Of a stretch of DNA of 64,000 bases, positions 14,362-27,707 are shown piece after piece (within the stretch, counting starts at the first letter, position 1; every line of letters starts with the position of its first letter). Origin of the DNA: Octopus vulgaris (Eukaryota); NCBI GenBank assembly GCA_951406725.2, contig OX597836.1, positions 37,944,001-38,008,000 on the forward strand, read 5' to 3'. The notes beneath the pieces are model-generated. The model ran no database searches. It was not told the DNA's origin and was given only the letters and a program-made list of their open reading frames with translations. The translations under genes and the position numbers were made by a program.

Positions 14362-14617
14362 GCCGAATCGCTAAGTGACGGGGACGTAAACACACCAGCA
14401 TCAGTTGTCTAGCGATTTTGGGGGGGGGGGACATTCACAGACACACACACACACATATACGACAGGCTTCTTTCAGTTTCCGTCTACCAAATCCACTCAC
14501 AAGGCTTTGGTCGGTCCAAGGCTATAGTAGAAGACACTTGCCCAAGGTGCCACGTAGTGGGACTGAACCCGGAACCATGTGGCTGGTAAGCAAGCTACTT
14601 ACCACACAGCCACTCCT
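14240..14617 (-). mobile_element. tRNA-derived SINE family A, full length; source of the tandem array
   Basis: Minus-strand head aggagtggctgtgtggtaagtagcttgc..gggttcagtccc (A/B boxes), internal microsatellite, tail gtcaaatgactgaaacgagtaaagag. Confidence 0.88.
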
Positions 14618-14821
14618 ACACCTTTTATATAATTTACATTATATATATATGCTTCATATTCACCTTATAACAGCTGTTTGACATCGCTATACTATAACTA
14701 TTTACAAACCATATCTTTTATCTTTTACTTGTCAGTCATTAGGCTGCAGCCATGCAGGGGCACCGTCTTGAAGAGTTTATAGTCGATCCTTCGTTTTGAC
14801 TCGAAAAATGTAAACAATGAA

Positions 14822-15070
14822 TTCGGTAGTTTCCGTGACCAGATGTTGTCTTGTCAACTGTCAGTTGACTTCTGTCAAATTGGGAAGAGAAAGCTCATGG
14901 ATTGAGCGGGCGTACTGTTCCTGTGTGTGTGTGTGTGTGTGCGCCTGTTCTGTTTATATGTATTTATGTGTTGCACACGCAAACACGCACACACACAAGA
15001 ACAAGCACGTACACACAGACATGTCAATTGACAGTTGACAAGACAACACGTGATCACGCAAACTACCGAA
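14822..15070. mobile_element. Small MITE-like palindrome, ~55-bp inverted arms
   Basis: ttcggtagtttccgtgaccagatgttgtcttgtcaactgtca vs tgacagttgacaagacaacacgtgatcacgcaaactaccgaa. Confidence 0.7.
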
Positions 15071-15785
15071 GGATCTTTTCCTTTTGAACGGCAGTTTTCA
15101 ACACAATTTCTAGTTAACTAAACACTTTTAAACTTCGTATACTGGTAGAATGTGTCAAAATAAAACATTTTTTTTCTCTTGGCTTTCTTGAGAAAATTGT
15201 AATTTGTAAGTTTAACGTAGTTTAATTTTTCGAATTTTAACCAATCCTATGCCCTCTATTGAGCTAAAATCATTTGCTGCGTCTAAAACAGACAACATCC
15301 TGTCACTAACCCTAACCCTCACTCTAACCCTAAATTTTAGCCTTTCGTTTTTTTTTTCTTAATTGTTACGCGTGTGACTAAAATTATTCGTCTTGAGTTT
15401 TTGCTTTCGTTTTTTTTTCTTAATTGTTAAATTAAAATTTTTTCCATTGCTTTCGTTTTTTTTTTTCTTAATTGTTATCCTTAAATTAATCTAACAATTA
15501 AGAAAAAATAAACGAAAGGCTAAAATTTAGGGTTAGAGTGAGGCTTAGGGTTAGTGACAGGATGTCTGTTTTAGATGCAGCAAATGATTTTAGCTCAATA
15601 GAGGGCATAGGATTGGTTAAAATTCAAAAAATTAAACTACGTTAAACTTACAAATTACAATTTTCTCAAGAAAGCCAAGAGAAAAAAATGTTTTATTTTG
15701 ACACATTTTACCAGTATACGAAGTTTAAAAATTTTTAGTTAACTAGAAATTGTGTTGAAAACTGCCGTTCAAAAGGAAAAGATCC
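15071..15785. mobile_element. Fold-back relative of the GGATC MITE, ~295-bp arms
   Basis: 15071-15368 is the reverse complement of ~15492-15785; arms contain ctaaccctaa/ttagggttag repeats. Confidence 0.85.
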
Positions 15786-16870
15786 GGAAGATGGCCTTGA
15801 AATATAACTGTCATGTACGGCTATGGGGAGATCTGACAAGAACCATCCTGTCCATGTGCCACAAATATACTCAAAGGGATAAGTATATCAAGTATCTAAA
15901 AGTATTGAAACAATGAATAAAATCGCAATTGACTAGGTTTAGTAACTTCGAGAAAATCTTTATTCACAAGAAAGACAATTAATTTAGCGATTACAAACTG
16001 GCGAAATGGCAGTGTCGTTATGACTTAGGAAGGAATGCTTTCCCACTACCGGCTCTGTGACTTCAATTGTCGCCGAAGCTGTCTTTACCTTTTACCCTCT
16101 TGGGACCGATAAATAAATTACGAATCATGCATCGGAACCGTTTCTCCTTCTGTCAGAATCAGCTATGCAGAAAGTAACAATAAAGAAGTATTCTCAGCGT
16201 TACCCAACCAATCCTTTCAAGACATCACATTAAGAAAGTCTCTGAAGGCTTATTAAAAAAACTTGCAGAAAAAAAAATAAGTAAAAATATTATGACAAAC
16301 GTCTAAATGGACAGCATCTGTTTTTTAAAAAAAATTATTACATCAAAGATAGTGAGAAGAAAATGAAATTTAAAATATTCTAGTGCAATGAAAGCTACAC
16401 TGAACCCTGTACTATTTATAGAATTTTGGGTTTGGGTTCAGTAATAGCAGCTATGTAAATCAGCAATGCAGTTAATGGAAATATAGTTGAACCTTTTACA
16501 GGTCAACTACTCGTTTACAAATTCTAACTTCCATTATAAATAATAGAAAATGTAGAGTCGTTGTTAGCCGTCGCTGTTTAATCCGATCTAGCAGACCTAT
16601 GACCAAAGATGTTGCAGCCGCTGTAATCTTTGTATATTGATAATTAAATTTTCTACTGTATCCCGTAAGACAGGAAGGGATACAGTAATTGAGGGTGATT
16701 TGTCTGCCATTTCTAGCAATCATGCGACCGTTTGACTTAATCTGCCACAGACTCTACTGTCGAAGCAGGGTTTCTCTACACCGGCATTTTCTAATTAATC
16801 ATCCCGGAAGGCCTTTGCAGTTGTACGATAAAGAATAATTATTTGCAAACGAATTTTGAGTAAGTGTGTG

Positions 16871-17432
16871 GGATTTTTTCGGTTTTTAACACAATTTCTA
16901 GGTAACTAAAAAATTTTAAACTTCGTATATTGGTAGAATATGTTTATAAAACATCTTTTTCTCTTGGCTTTATTGAGAAAATTCTATAGTTTATAACATA
17001 TTTGGTCTTTAATTTCTTGCATTTCGGCAATTTCAACCAATCAATGACCGTCTATTGAGGTGAAAACATTCTGTGCCGTATGAATATGTCCCTCGTTTAA
17101 GAAACAGATTAGGTTTATTAGTTAGGGTTAGTGGTGGGGGGAAGAGTATCTTTTTTTCTTCACAAATGTAAATAAATCCAATGTGTTTTTTAAACGAGGG
17201 ACATATTCATACAGCACAGAATGTTTTCACCTCAATAGACGGTCATTGATTGGTTGAAATTGCCGAAATGCAAGAAATTAAAGACCAAATATCTTACAAA
17301 CTATAAAATTTTCTCAGTAAAGCCAAAAGAAAAAGCTGTTTTATAAACACATTCTACCAGTATACGAAGTTTAAAATTTGTTTAGTTACCTAGAAATTAT
17401 TTTAAAAAGTGCCGTTCAAACCGAAAAGATCC
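16871..17432. mobile_element. Fold-back form of the GGATC MITE, ~250-bp arms
   Basis: 16871-17119 mirrors ~17171-17432; the right arm matches the right half of the short-TIR copies. Confidence 0.85.
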
Positions 17433-18383
17433 AGGCCCTGTTTTGTCCCCGTAATTAGTGGTTCGGTTTAAAAAAAAGAGACCGGTACAATAAATACAGG
17501 GCTCAAAAAAAAAAAAAAAAAGAAAGAAAGAAAATTAAGACTTGGGGGCGATTTGCTCGACTCTTCAAGGTGATTTCTCAGTATGGCAGCAGTCAAATAA
17601 CTGAAACAAGTGAAAGAAAGGCGATCTTCTTCCGTCTCCTCTAATGGTTCTCCCAGACCATTAACCGTATTAGCTTCTTCATATTATAGTCGTTACTAGA
17701 GCACAAGCACCGAAATGGCCTACAATAAAACGTTTTCATTGTTTAACTACTGCAAAAATAAATAGATAAACTTATTACATCTATCATTAGTAATTTTATA
17801 AATTTAATTTATCGTTGTCTTAATAGAATATAATTGATCGCAGGTTTGATGTAAAGTTGAATTTTTATTCTTAAACCTATTAACCATTATATATTTATCA
17901 ACGAGTTTTATTAATTTGTTTAGAAATTATTAAGAAAAACATTGAAATATATAATAGAAGTGCTGCAGCTAAAGTAAGCTTTCGTCGTGAATAGAGAAGG
18001 AATAAATGTTAGGTGCTGAAAAGGTGACTGTCGTTACGGAAAATGCCAAACGAAGAGAAAATTGTCAGCTCTAGGAATAAATGATTTATCATATCCGGTG
18101 GGAGTCATAATAAATAGAAATAATGTTACTTGCAGATAGTACTTAATAACTTTGTCCCAGAAATGATTTGTTTCTAAAATGTTTATACGACCGGTGACAT
18201 TACACACAAGAAAAGCGAAATATTTCGTAGAGGAAAATATCTATATATAGAAGAATAAGTTGAGGGCGTGATGTACTGAATGACGTGCGCAAAGGATTTT
18301 CAAATAATTGAAATTTCCCTTTTAGATGGAGAAAGAAAATAAATACTCAGTGTGATTATTAGTAGCTCTCAAAGACACTAATT

Positions 18384-18795
18384 GGATCTTTTCGGTTTGA
18401 ACGGCAGTTTTTTCTAGCGGTGTCATATGAAATTGTCACCCATAATTATGACCCTAGAATCGATCTATTGCATTTCAATCTGTTTTAGGGTTAGGGGTGG
18501 GGGAAGGGTATCTTTTTTTTTCTTCACAAATGTAAATAAACCCAATCTGTTTCTTAAACGAGGGACATATTCATAAGGCACAGAATGCTTTTTAACTCAA
18601 TAGACGTCACTGATTGGTTGAAATTGCAGAAATTGAAGATAAAAAACAACAAATATCTTACACACTATAGAATTTTCTCAATAAAGCCAAGAGAAAAAGA
18701 TGTTTTATAAACACATTCTACCAGTATACGAAGTTTTAAATTTTTTAGTTACCTAGAAATTATGTTAAAAACTGCCGTTCAAACCGAAAAGATCC
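18384..18795. mobile_element. GGATC-family MITE
   Basis: Same TIRs; TSD cactaatt/cacttatt. Confidence 0.9.
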
Positions 18796-20155
18796 CACTT
18801 ATTTACTGAAGGAACCGAGTCGTTGTTTACAGGCAAGGCAGACAACTATGAATATGTTTTAGTGTTATAGGATCTCAGTATAGTTGAGACTACTCATCTT
18901 AGGTTCGTTAGAGTTACGAAAATTTTGGCTAGTATGATTTGCATTATTCAAATATAAGAGGTAAGGGAAATAACTTGTGTAGACAAATGTCATAAGTTTA
19001 GATGACTCATTGAATGACTCACTCAGATTAACTTTTATGAGATTAATTTTTAAATTTCTCGAAGTTACTTCCCTTCTCACTGTGAATCGCTAGCAATTTT
19101 GGCAAGGTTTTTGTTTTCTTCGACTAAAAGAGAAATTTAACCGAGAAATATTTGCACGCATCATCACACCCTTATTTATATCTTTGGCTATTAAAATATC
19201 CGAGCTACTACAAGCTCACTAACTTGTAGGGAACTTGAAAGCAATCTTCAGGAATAAATTAAAACATTGGACAAACTGACATACAACTAAGACAGTGCCG
19301 AGAATGAACATCAGTCAAGTATAAATCCGACATACAAATTACCAAGCATGTATTTGCTAGTACACTAAACTTTCGACAGAGTTTAGTATGAGAATCTCTT
19401 ATCAAAACTTCCTATTTATAAATTTGAGCCCCACACACCGATCATCCCTTCGATCGATAGCTTCGTATTAGATCGCACAATAACCAAGTGTGTTGACGAA
19501 GCACTTTGTCCCTCATTTTATCAACCCCTTCGTGACATATAGTTCGGTTTTGTTTCCCGCTGTTTTCCTTCCATGCTTCAACCACTTATTTGCTACCACA
19601 TCCAACAACACACAATCTTACCCTTCGCGCTTCCCTATGTTAGTCATCTCAAGAGAACAGCATAACATAACTGTCCCTTAATCATTATTAGCAGCACTCA
19701 TTTAGAGCCCCAACCGTCGCTCCAATTCCTTTCTTTTCAAACCATCGATCCCCTGGAATCCCTTCACAGTTCATGTTTTTGACGCAAGTATCGGCTTATA
19801 AGAGTTCATTTGCAATAGCATTGGAAGGTCTGTGACACCTATGGACACAGTTCCACTTTCTCCAGACACAGTAAGTCAAATATATATATATATATATACC
19901 AATTGAGAAAACAAATTTTAAAACTGAACGAAGTGCACTAGTAACATACAAAAATGTTGAATTAGTATTTGGAAAATGCAAGTTTTCAACATTTCCTACT
20001 CTAATGAAGCGGTACCTCACATGTATGCGCTCTCCCCCTCTCTCTCACACACACACGCCACGCACATTCACTCACGTCATATACATCCCACACCTCTGTA
20101 AAATACGCTGAGGAAATTGGTATACTTGGTTTGCTCTTACAGAATGGAAGCGAGA

Positions 20156-20216
<61 letters not shown>

Positions 20217-22662
20217 TGAGAGAGAGAGTCAGTAAGCGAGACAGGTCGAATAGACAAACGAGCACTATGTTAGTGTGTGTGTATGCATATATTTATACAT
20301 ACATACATATTATTGGGTCCCTGGGATATGTAACACTGCTTAAATACCAATCTTGAGAAATTAGGCTTTTCAAAACCAGAAACTAGAAAGCTAATTCGAA
20401 GACTACAAATCCAATCCAACACTAGAACTGTAAAAATCTGTGAAACTTTCCAGAAGTTTATCATTTAAATATATATGAGCATGTCTACAAATCTGCACAT
20501 ACATACATACACATATACATACATACATACAAAGAAAAATACCCTGTTGTTGATGTTGAAATTCCAATGAAGGAGCCTTGAACCTAGGTTAGAAACCGAT
20601 TCTTTCTCTATTGACAAGTAATCTTGAAATAAACTGAATAATGGTATGCATATATAACCACTCTTCCCCGTCTTGTAGTGGCATTTAGCTGATTTTCTTA
20701 GCTATATTCATGGTTATCCTGCGTTTGAAAATTCCTTTATTTTCTGTAGAATACCGACTTACTCGGTGCTTCTAAACTTGCTTACAATGTATGTAATATA
20801 TGTATGCCATTATGGTATAATAGTGAGGTTTAAAAGTTCGTTTCACAATCCTGTTTCGGTTCCAATCCCGTTACATGGCATTCTGAGAGGCCAGCAGGTT
20901 TAAGGACCATATCACCTATGTGCCGAGATCTACCACCCACAAAAGAAAACTTAGGTATGGATGATTATTCAACAGACATGATTTAAAAGTCACGTTCACC
21001 TGTGCGCATAGTGTAAAAAAGATATAAGTGAACGCTTCAGAACGGTATTTCGCCTGTCTTTACGTTCTGAGTTCAAATTCCGCCAAGGTCGACTTTGCCT
21101 TTCACCCTTTCGGGGTCGATAAATTAAGTACCAGTTGCGCACTGGGGTCGATGTAATCGACTTAATCCCTTTGTTTGTCCCTTCTATGTTTAGCCTCCTG
21201 TGGGCAATAAAGAAATAAGAAACCGATAGAAGGTTGTCGCGCGTGTCCCAATCAACGCTTGACAACCATTGTTGGTGTGATTACGTCCCTGTAACTAGGC
21301 TTCAGAAATAAGTCCTGGGGGTCGATTTGTTTGGCTAAAACCCTTCAAAGTGGTACTCCAGCTTGGCCACAGTCAAATTACTGAAACAAGTGAAAAATAA
21401 AAGAACACTCACACATATGTATGTATGCCATGTGTCAATATGTGTGCGAATTCCCATAAATTTTTTTGGTAAGACTTACGCCCCCCCCCCCCCCCAACAA
21501 CCACCCTAAAAAAATTCTTTTTTCGACACAAACCCCACTTTTCGGCTAAGGGGAACACGAATCTGCAAAAAAAAAAAAAATTTGGCAAAAATCGATATTT
21601 CTAAATTACCATCCGCCACTCTATTTCCTTCATTTTAATTTTCTTCGCAATTTTCTTTTTCAAAATATGCGGAAAAATACGGAGATTATGATTCTGAAAA
21701 AAATTTCTAAAAATCTTTGTAAAATTACAAAAATAAACAAATTTGGAAGAAAATGGGGGAGACGGGCGGAAGTCTTTCCTCGAATTGTCCGTAAAATATG
21801 TGGCAATGTGACCGCGAGTAAATTTGACTAGGATCCTTTGTCGGAAGAACTTTCATCTCATAAGACAAACTTCTTTTGTACAATTTCATGACTTCTGCCA
21901 ACATGATATTGCAGTGATGAAAACCGATCTCGTCTTTCTTATTCGCAAAATGAATCCCCTTTAATTTAGCTCACATTGATTTCAATTTTGATGTATGAAT
22001 GCAACTCTCAAGCTTAGTCTAATACGTTCCATTGAATATGTAATGAGTCTAATTACATGCTGTGGCGGGCGACATATATATCGTCAATATATGTAAGAAA
22101 ACGTCACGTCAGCAAATTAAAGAAGAAACGGGTGACGTGGGCTGTACTTCAGGCATCCACCAATATTGGAAAGTATTTTCAAAGCTTATAATAGACAATA
22201 CTTTTCCCTCTCAAATCGAAAAATGTACCTTTGTGTGAAAAGTCTGGCTGCATCCGAAAAAATATATTATGAAACAAAAATAAACACAAAATTTATTACA
22301 CGAATCTGTTACCACCACGACAGTCAACTATTTGACGCCGAACACGAGTTTTATGTTGAATACATCCACGAATTTTCCGCTCAGATAGCTCTTCCCAAGA
22401 CTGCAAGACGGTTTCGTGCAATTCATGCCTCGATGTAGAGTTTTTCAGTTCAACTTTATCGGCCAAAACTTTGAAAATGCCTTCATCCGATGGATTCCAC
22501 GTGTAAACACGTGTTGAATAGAACTCACTGAATAAATCTTAATTAACTGTGTTGTCAATTGTATGCACCTGACATATGCTAACGTGTATGCAGCCAAACT
22601 TTTCACACAGAGGAAATACATGTCGTCCGCCACAGCATGTAATTGTACATATTGCAATTAAG

Positions 22663-22914
22663 GGTACTACTAGCGAACAGTGGTCCCGGTACGCGCATCC
22701 GAGCTAGCTAGTCGTGACTAGTCGATCCTGCAACGACAACCTAGCAAAGTAAATAAAACACAAAGTAAATAATTTTTGTTAAACAAAGTAAATAATTTTT
22801 TAAACAAAGTAAATAACAAAAACACAAAGTAAGGATCGACTAGTCATGACTAGCTGGGGCGGATGCGCGACTGCGCGTGTGCGCGCACCGGGACCACTGT
22901 TCGCTAGTAGTACC
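22663..22914. mobile_element. MITE with 9-bp TSD (Mutator- or Merlin-like)
   Basis: TIR ggtactactagcgaacagtggtcccggt / accgggaccactgttcgctagtagtacc; TSD gcaattaag on both sides; empty site at ~25997. Confidence 0.9.
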
Positions 22915-23845
22915 GCAATTAAGGTTATGGTAGTTAATTTATTCATACTTTTTCTTAATGAAAGCCTGAGGTAGATGGAAGCAAAATTAGATAAGGGGGT
23001 TTCTCTTTCTGCAACAGACAATATTTGCGCATGCGTATTAATGAAATAATGCGTCGTCTGCTTGAACACTGCAAACATAACATGGCGACTGCGAGCTGAA
23101 ACTTTTAGTTAGGAACATTTATTAATTTATGTATAGTGCGCAACTGGTACTTGATTTATCGACCCCGAAAGGATGAAAAGCAAAGTCGACCTCGGCGGAA
23201 TTTGAACTCAGAACGTAAATATTAAGTATCAATTTAAGTATAATTTATGTATAGTATGGCGACAGTTTAATATTTTAAAGGAAAAGAATAATCTTATAAG
23301 CAGGTATTTCAGTCATTTATTTCTTCCTGTATAGTCTGTGTTAAAGATTTTTTCTCTTAGATATTTTCTTCTATTTTCTATATTTTATAGGGGCAAACGT
23401 TGAACGAGAAAGTTATGTGTATATATATACATAAACTGAAAAATAGCTTATACATACATACATATATATATATATAACTGAAAAATTATGGGTTTTTTAC
23501 CCCTCCTATCTTCCCCTCTCCGTATCGATTTTGTTGACACAAAGCACCATGTTTTTTGGTGGGGCACTACGAACGTAAAAATTATTGAAGACTTTTCGGT
23601 TAAAAGAAAACTATTTTCAGACGTAAAGGTGTGTAATTAAAGGGAAACTTGGCTGTTGTTTCTAGCATGTCCCATGACCAGTAAGGTTTAGGGTTGTTAA
23701 AATTGTATTGAAAATAGACTTATTTTCCTGAACGTTATGAAGAAACAAAGTCAATTCGTGCGAAAAATCCGAATCGTCTTTCTCCACCCCCGAACCGATT
23801 TTTCACAGATAATCCTGGTATAATCGCATTGTATATTATCCAGGG

Positions 23846-24064
23846 CAGTGGTTTTCAACCAGGGTTCCGCGGAACCTTCGGGTTCCGCCAGTACAGTGCA
23901 GGGGTTCCGCAAGAAGTTACAAAACTGCTAAAATCGGCAGTAATTTTTAATTCTCCTGTGCAGATATGTGTGCATAGGACTATTAAATTATTGCACAAGG
24001 GTTCCTCGAGCCTGTGGAATGTTTCCTTGGGGTTCCGCTCCAGCAAAAAGTTTGAAAAGCACTG
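23846..24064. mobile_element. hAT (Charlie-type) MITE
   Basis: TIR cagtggttttcaacc / tttgaaaagcactg; TSD atccaggg/atctagag; empty site atctagag at ~27180; NTCTAGAN is the known Charlie target preference. Confidence 0.85.
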
Positions 24065-24949
24065 ATCTAGAGGATATTTCGTTTGAAATTTCGTAGAATT
24101 ATACCAACTCTTTAAACAAGTTATGAGGAAACAAAGTCAAATCTTATGAATTATCCGAAACTCCCTCCCTTCATCGGAAGAAATGTTTTCACAATAAATT
24201 CACATACATTCATGTGCTATGCTCTCTGCATTGAAAAAAAATTTCCGTTTTCCTGAACGATATGAAGAAAGAAAGCCAACTCGTGTGAATTAGCCGAATT
24301 GCCTCTCCCTTCCTCCGAAACTAATTCCGATATAATCGTAATGTATACTATCTGAAAGATATTTCGTTGGAAATTTCAGAGAAAAATACCTATTATGAAG
24401 AAACAAAGTCGAATCGTGTGTAGTATCCGAATCTCTCTCCTCTTCTCGAAAAAATTTTACCACAAATTGATGTAAGCCTGTAAGAGGTGAGCTATCCCAT
24501 CTGAAAGGTATTCATAGAAAATTTCTTTAAAAGATATCTATTTGTCTAAAAGTTATGGGGAAACAAATTGGTGGTGTGTAACATTTGTGTTGGTAAAACT
24601 AGAATGGTTTGCAGTATTTAATTACTTGAACAATTTTAAAGTCAGGAATCTACGAATTTTGTGATGTAAACATCGAATTGTCCGTAAAATATGTGGCAAT
24701 GTGACCGCAAGTAAATTGGACTAGGATCCTTCATCGGCAGAACTTTCATCTCAAAAGACAAACTTCTTTTGTAGAATTTCATGACTTCTGCCAACATGAT
24801 ATTCCAGTGATAAAACCGATCTGGTCTTTCTTATTCGCAAAATGAACCACATTTAATTCGTCTATAGTTTGTGTTAAAGATTTTTTTCTCTTAGATATTT
24901 ACTTCTAATTTTTATATTTTACCGGTGAAAACGTTGAACAGGAAAGTTA

Positions 24950-25007
<58 letters not shown>

Positions 25008-25532
25008 TAAACTGAACAATAGCTTTTGACTAGGATCCTTCTTCGCCATAACTTTCATCTCATAAGACAAACTTCTTTTGTAGAATTTCATGACTTCTGC
25101 CAACCCCCTTTAATTTAGCTCTGATTGATTTCAATTTTGATGTATCAATACAACTCTCAAGCTTAGTCAAATATGTTCCATTGAATATGTAATTAGTCTA
25201 ATTACATGCTGTGGCTGGCGACATGTAATTTCGTCAATATATGTAGGAAAACGTCACGTCAGCAAATTAAAGAAGAAATGGGTGACATGTGCTGTACTTC
25301 AGGCATCCACCAATATTGGAAAGTATTTTCAAAGCTTATAATAGACAATACTTTTCCATCTCAAATGGAAAAATGTATATTGTACATATTACAATCAAGG
25401 TTATGATAGTTTATGTATTTGTAATTTTTTTACTTATTTTTTTATTAATTAGTCTAATTACATGCCGTGGCCGGCGACATGTATTTCGTCAATACAGATT
25501 ATTAGCAACTATTGAAAACAAGAGAAACAAGT

Positions 25533-25698
25533 AGGAGTGGCTGTGTGGTAAGTAGCTTGCTTGCCAGCCACATGGTTCTGGGTTCAGTCCCACTGCGTGG
25601 AGCCTTGGGCAAGTGTCTTCTACTATAGCCTCGGGCCGACCAAAGCCTTGTGAGTGGATTTGGTAGACGGAAACTGAAAGAAGCCCGTCGTATATATG

Positions 25699-25739
<41 letters not shown>

Positions 25740-25948
25740 GCGTGTGTGTGTCTGTGTTTGTCCCCCTAGCATTGCTTGACAACCGATGCTGGTGTGTTTA
25801 TGTCCCCGTCACTTAGCGGTTCGGCAAAAGAGACCGATAGAATAAGTACTGGGCTTACAAAAGAATAAGTCCCGGGGTCGAGTTGCTCGATTAAAGGCGG
25901 TGCTCCAGCATGGCCGCAGTCAAATGACTGAAACAAGTAAAAGAGTAA
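25533..25948 (+). mobile_element. tRNA-derived SINE family A, full length
   Basis: Same head, body and tail as 14240-14617 in the opposite orientation. Confidence 0.9.
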
Positions 25949-26519
25949 GCTGAATACTTTTCCCTCTCAAATCGAAAAATGTATATTGTACATATTGCAA
26001 TTAAAGTTATTGTAGTTAATTTATTTATAATTTTTTTATTAAGGCAATTATTTTTAATGAAAGCCTGGAGTAGATAGAAGCGAAATTCGATAAGGGGGTT
26101 TCTCTTTCTGCAACAGACAATATTTGCGCATGCGTATTAATGAAATAATGCGTCGTCTGCTTGAACACTGCAAACATGACATGGCGACTGCGAGCTGAAA
26201 CTTTTAGTTAGGAACATTTATTAATTTAAGTATAGTGCGCAACTGGTACTTGATTTATCGACCCCGAAAGGATGAAAAGCAAAGTCGACCTCGGCGGAAT
26301 TTGAACTCAGAACGTAAATATTAAGTATCAATTTAAGTATAATTTATGTATAGTATGGCGACAGTTTAATATTTTAAAGGAAAAGAATAATCTTATAAGC
26401 AGGTATTTCAGTCATTTATTTCTTCCTGTATAGTCTGTGTTAAAGATTTTTTCTCTTAGATATTTTCTTCTATTTTTTTTTTATATCTTACCGGGGCAAA
26501 CGTTGAACGAGAAAGTCAT

Positions 26520-26764
26520 GTGTATATATATATTTACATATGTATGTATGTATGTTTTTATATATATATGTATGTATTTATGTATATATATATATATGTA
26601 TGTATTTATATATATGTATGTATGTATTTATATATATATTTATGTATTTATGTATATTTATATATATATTTATGTATATATATATGTATATATCTATTTA
26701 TGTATGTGAGTGTATATATATATATGTATTTATGTATGTGTATGTATATATATATGTATTTATG

Positions 26765-26795
<31 letters not shown>

Positions 26796-26925
26796 TTATG
26801 TATATGTATATATATGTGTATGTATATATATATTTATGTATGTATGTATATATATGTGTATATATATATGTATATATATATTTATGTATGTATATATATG
26901 TGTATATATATATGTATATATATGT
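26520..26925. repeat. (TA)n-derived microsatellite (similar tracts at 8286-8511 and 37165-37545)
   Basis: Directly visible. Confidence 0.95.
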
Positions 26926-27670
26926 GCTTTTCGGTTAAAAGAAAAGTAATTATTTTCAGACGTATAGGTGTGTAATTAAAGGGGGCAATCTGGCTGTTGT
27001 TTCTAGCATGTCCCATGACCAGTAAGGTTTAGGATTGTTAAAATTGCATTGAAAATAGACCTATTTTCCTGAACGTTATGAAGAGACAAAGCCAATTCGT
27101 GCGAAAAATCAGAATCGCCTTTTGGAGAAAGGGGATTCGATTTTTCACAGATAATTCTGGTATAATCGCATTGTATATTATCTAGAGGATATTTCGTGTG
27201 GAATTTCATAGAATTATACCGATTTAAAAAAAAAGTTATGAGGAAACAAAGTCAAATCTTATGAATTATTCGTATTTTTTCTTATTTTTTTTTATTAAGG
27301 CAATTATTTTTAATGAAAGCCTGGAGTAGGTAGAAGCGAAATTCGATAAGGGGGTTTCTCTTTCTGCAACAGACAATATTTGCGCATGCGTATTAATGAA
27401 ATAATGCGTCGTCTGCTTGAACACTGCAAACATGACATGGCGACTGCGAGCTGAAACTTTTAGTTAGGAACATTTATTAATTTAAGTATAGCTCTTATGA
27501 AAAATAGCGACAGTTTGATATTTTAAAGGAAAAGAATAATCTTATAAGCAGGTATTTCAGTCATTTATTTTTTCCTGTATAGTCTGTGTTAAAGATTTTT
27601 TCTCTTAGATATTTTCTTCCAATTATTATATCTTACCAGGGCAAACGTTGAACGAGAAAGTCATTTTTCA

Positions 27671-27707
<37 letters not shown>

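Noticed and set aside
15305-15555. Interstitial telomere
   Set aside because: Only 2-4 degenerate TTAGGG units, embedded in MITE arms
25533-25605. tRNA gene
   Set aside because: A/B boxes are present, but it is the head of a multi-copy SINE and I could not fold a convincing cloverleaf; the same applies to 5198, 14560 and 61921
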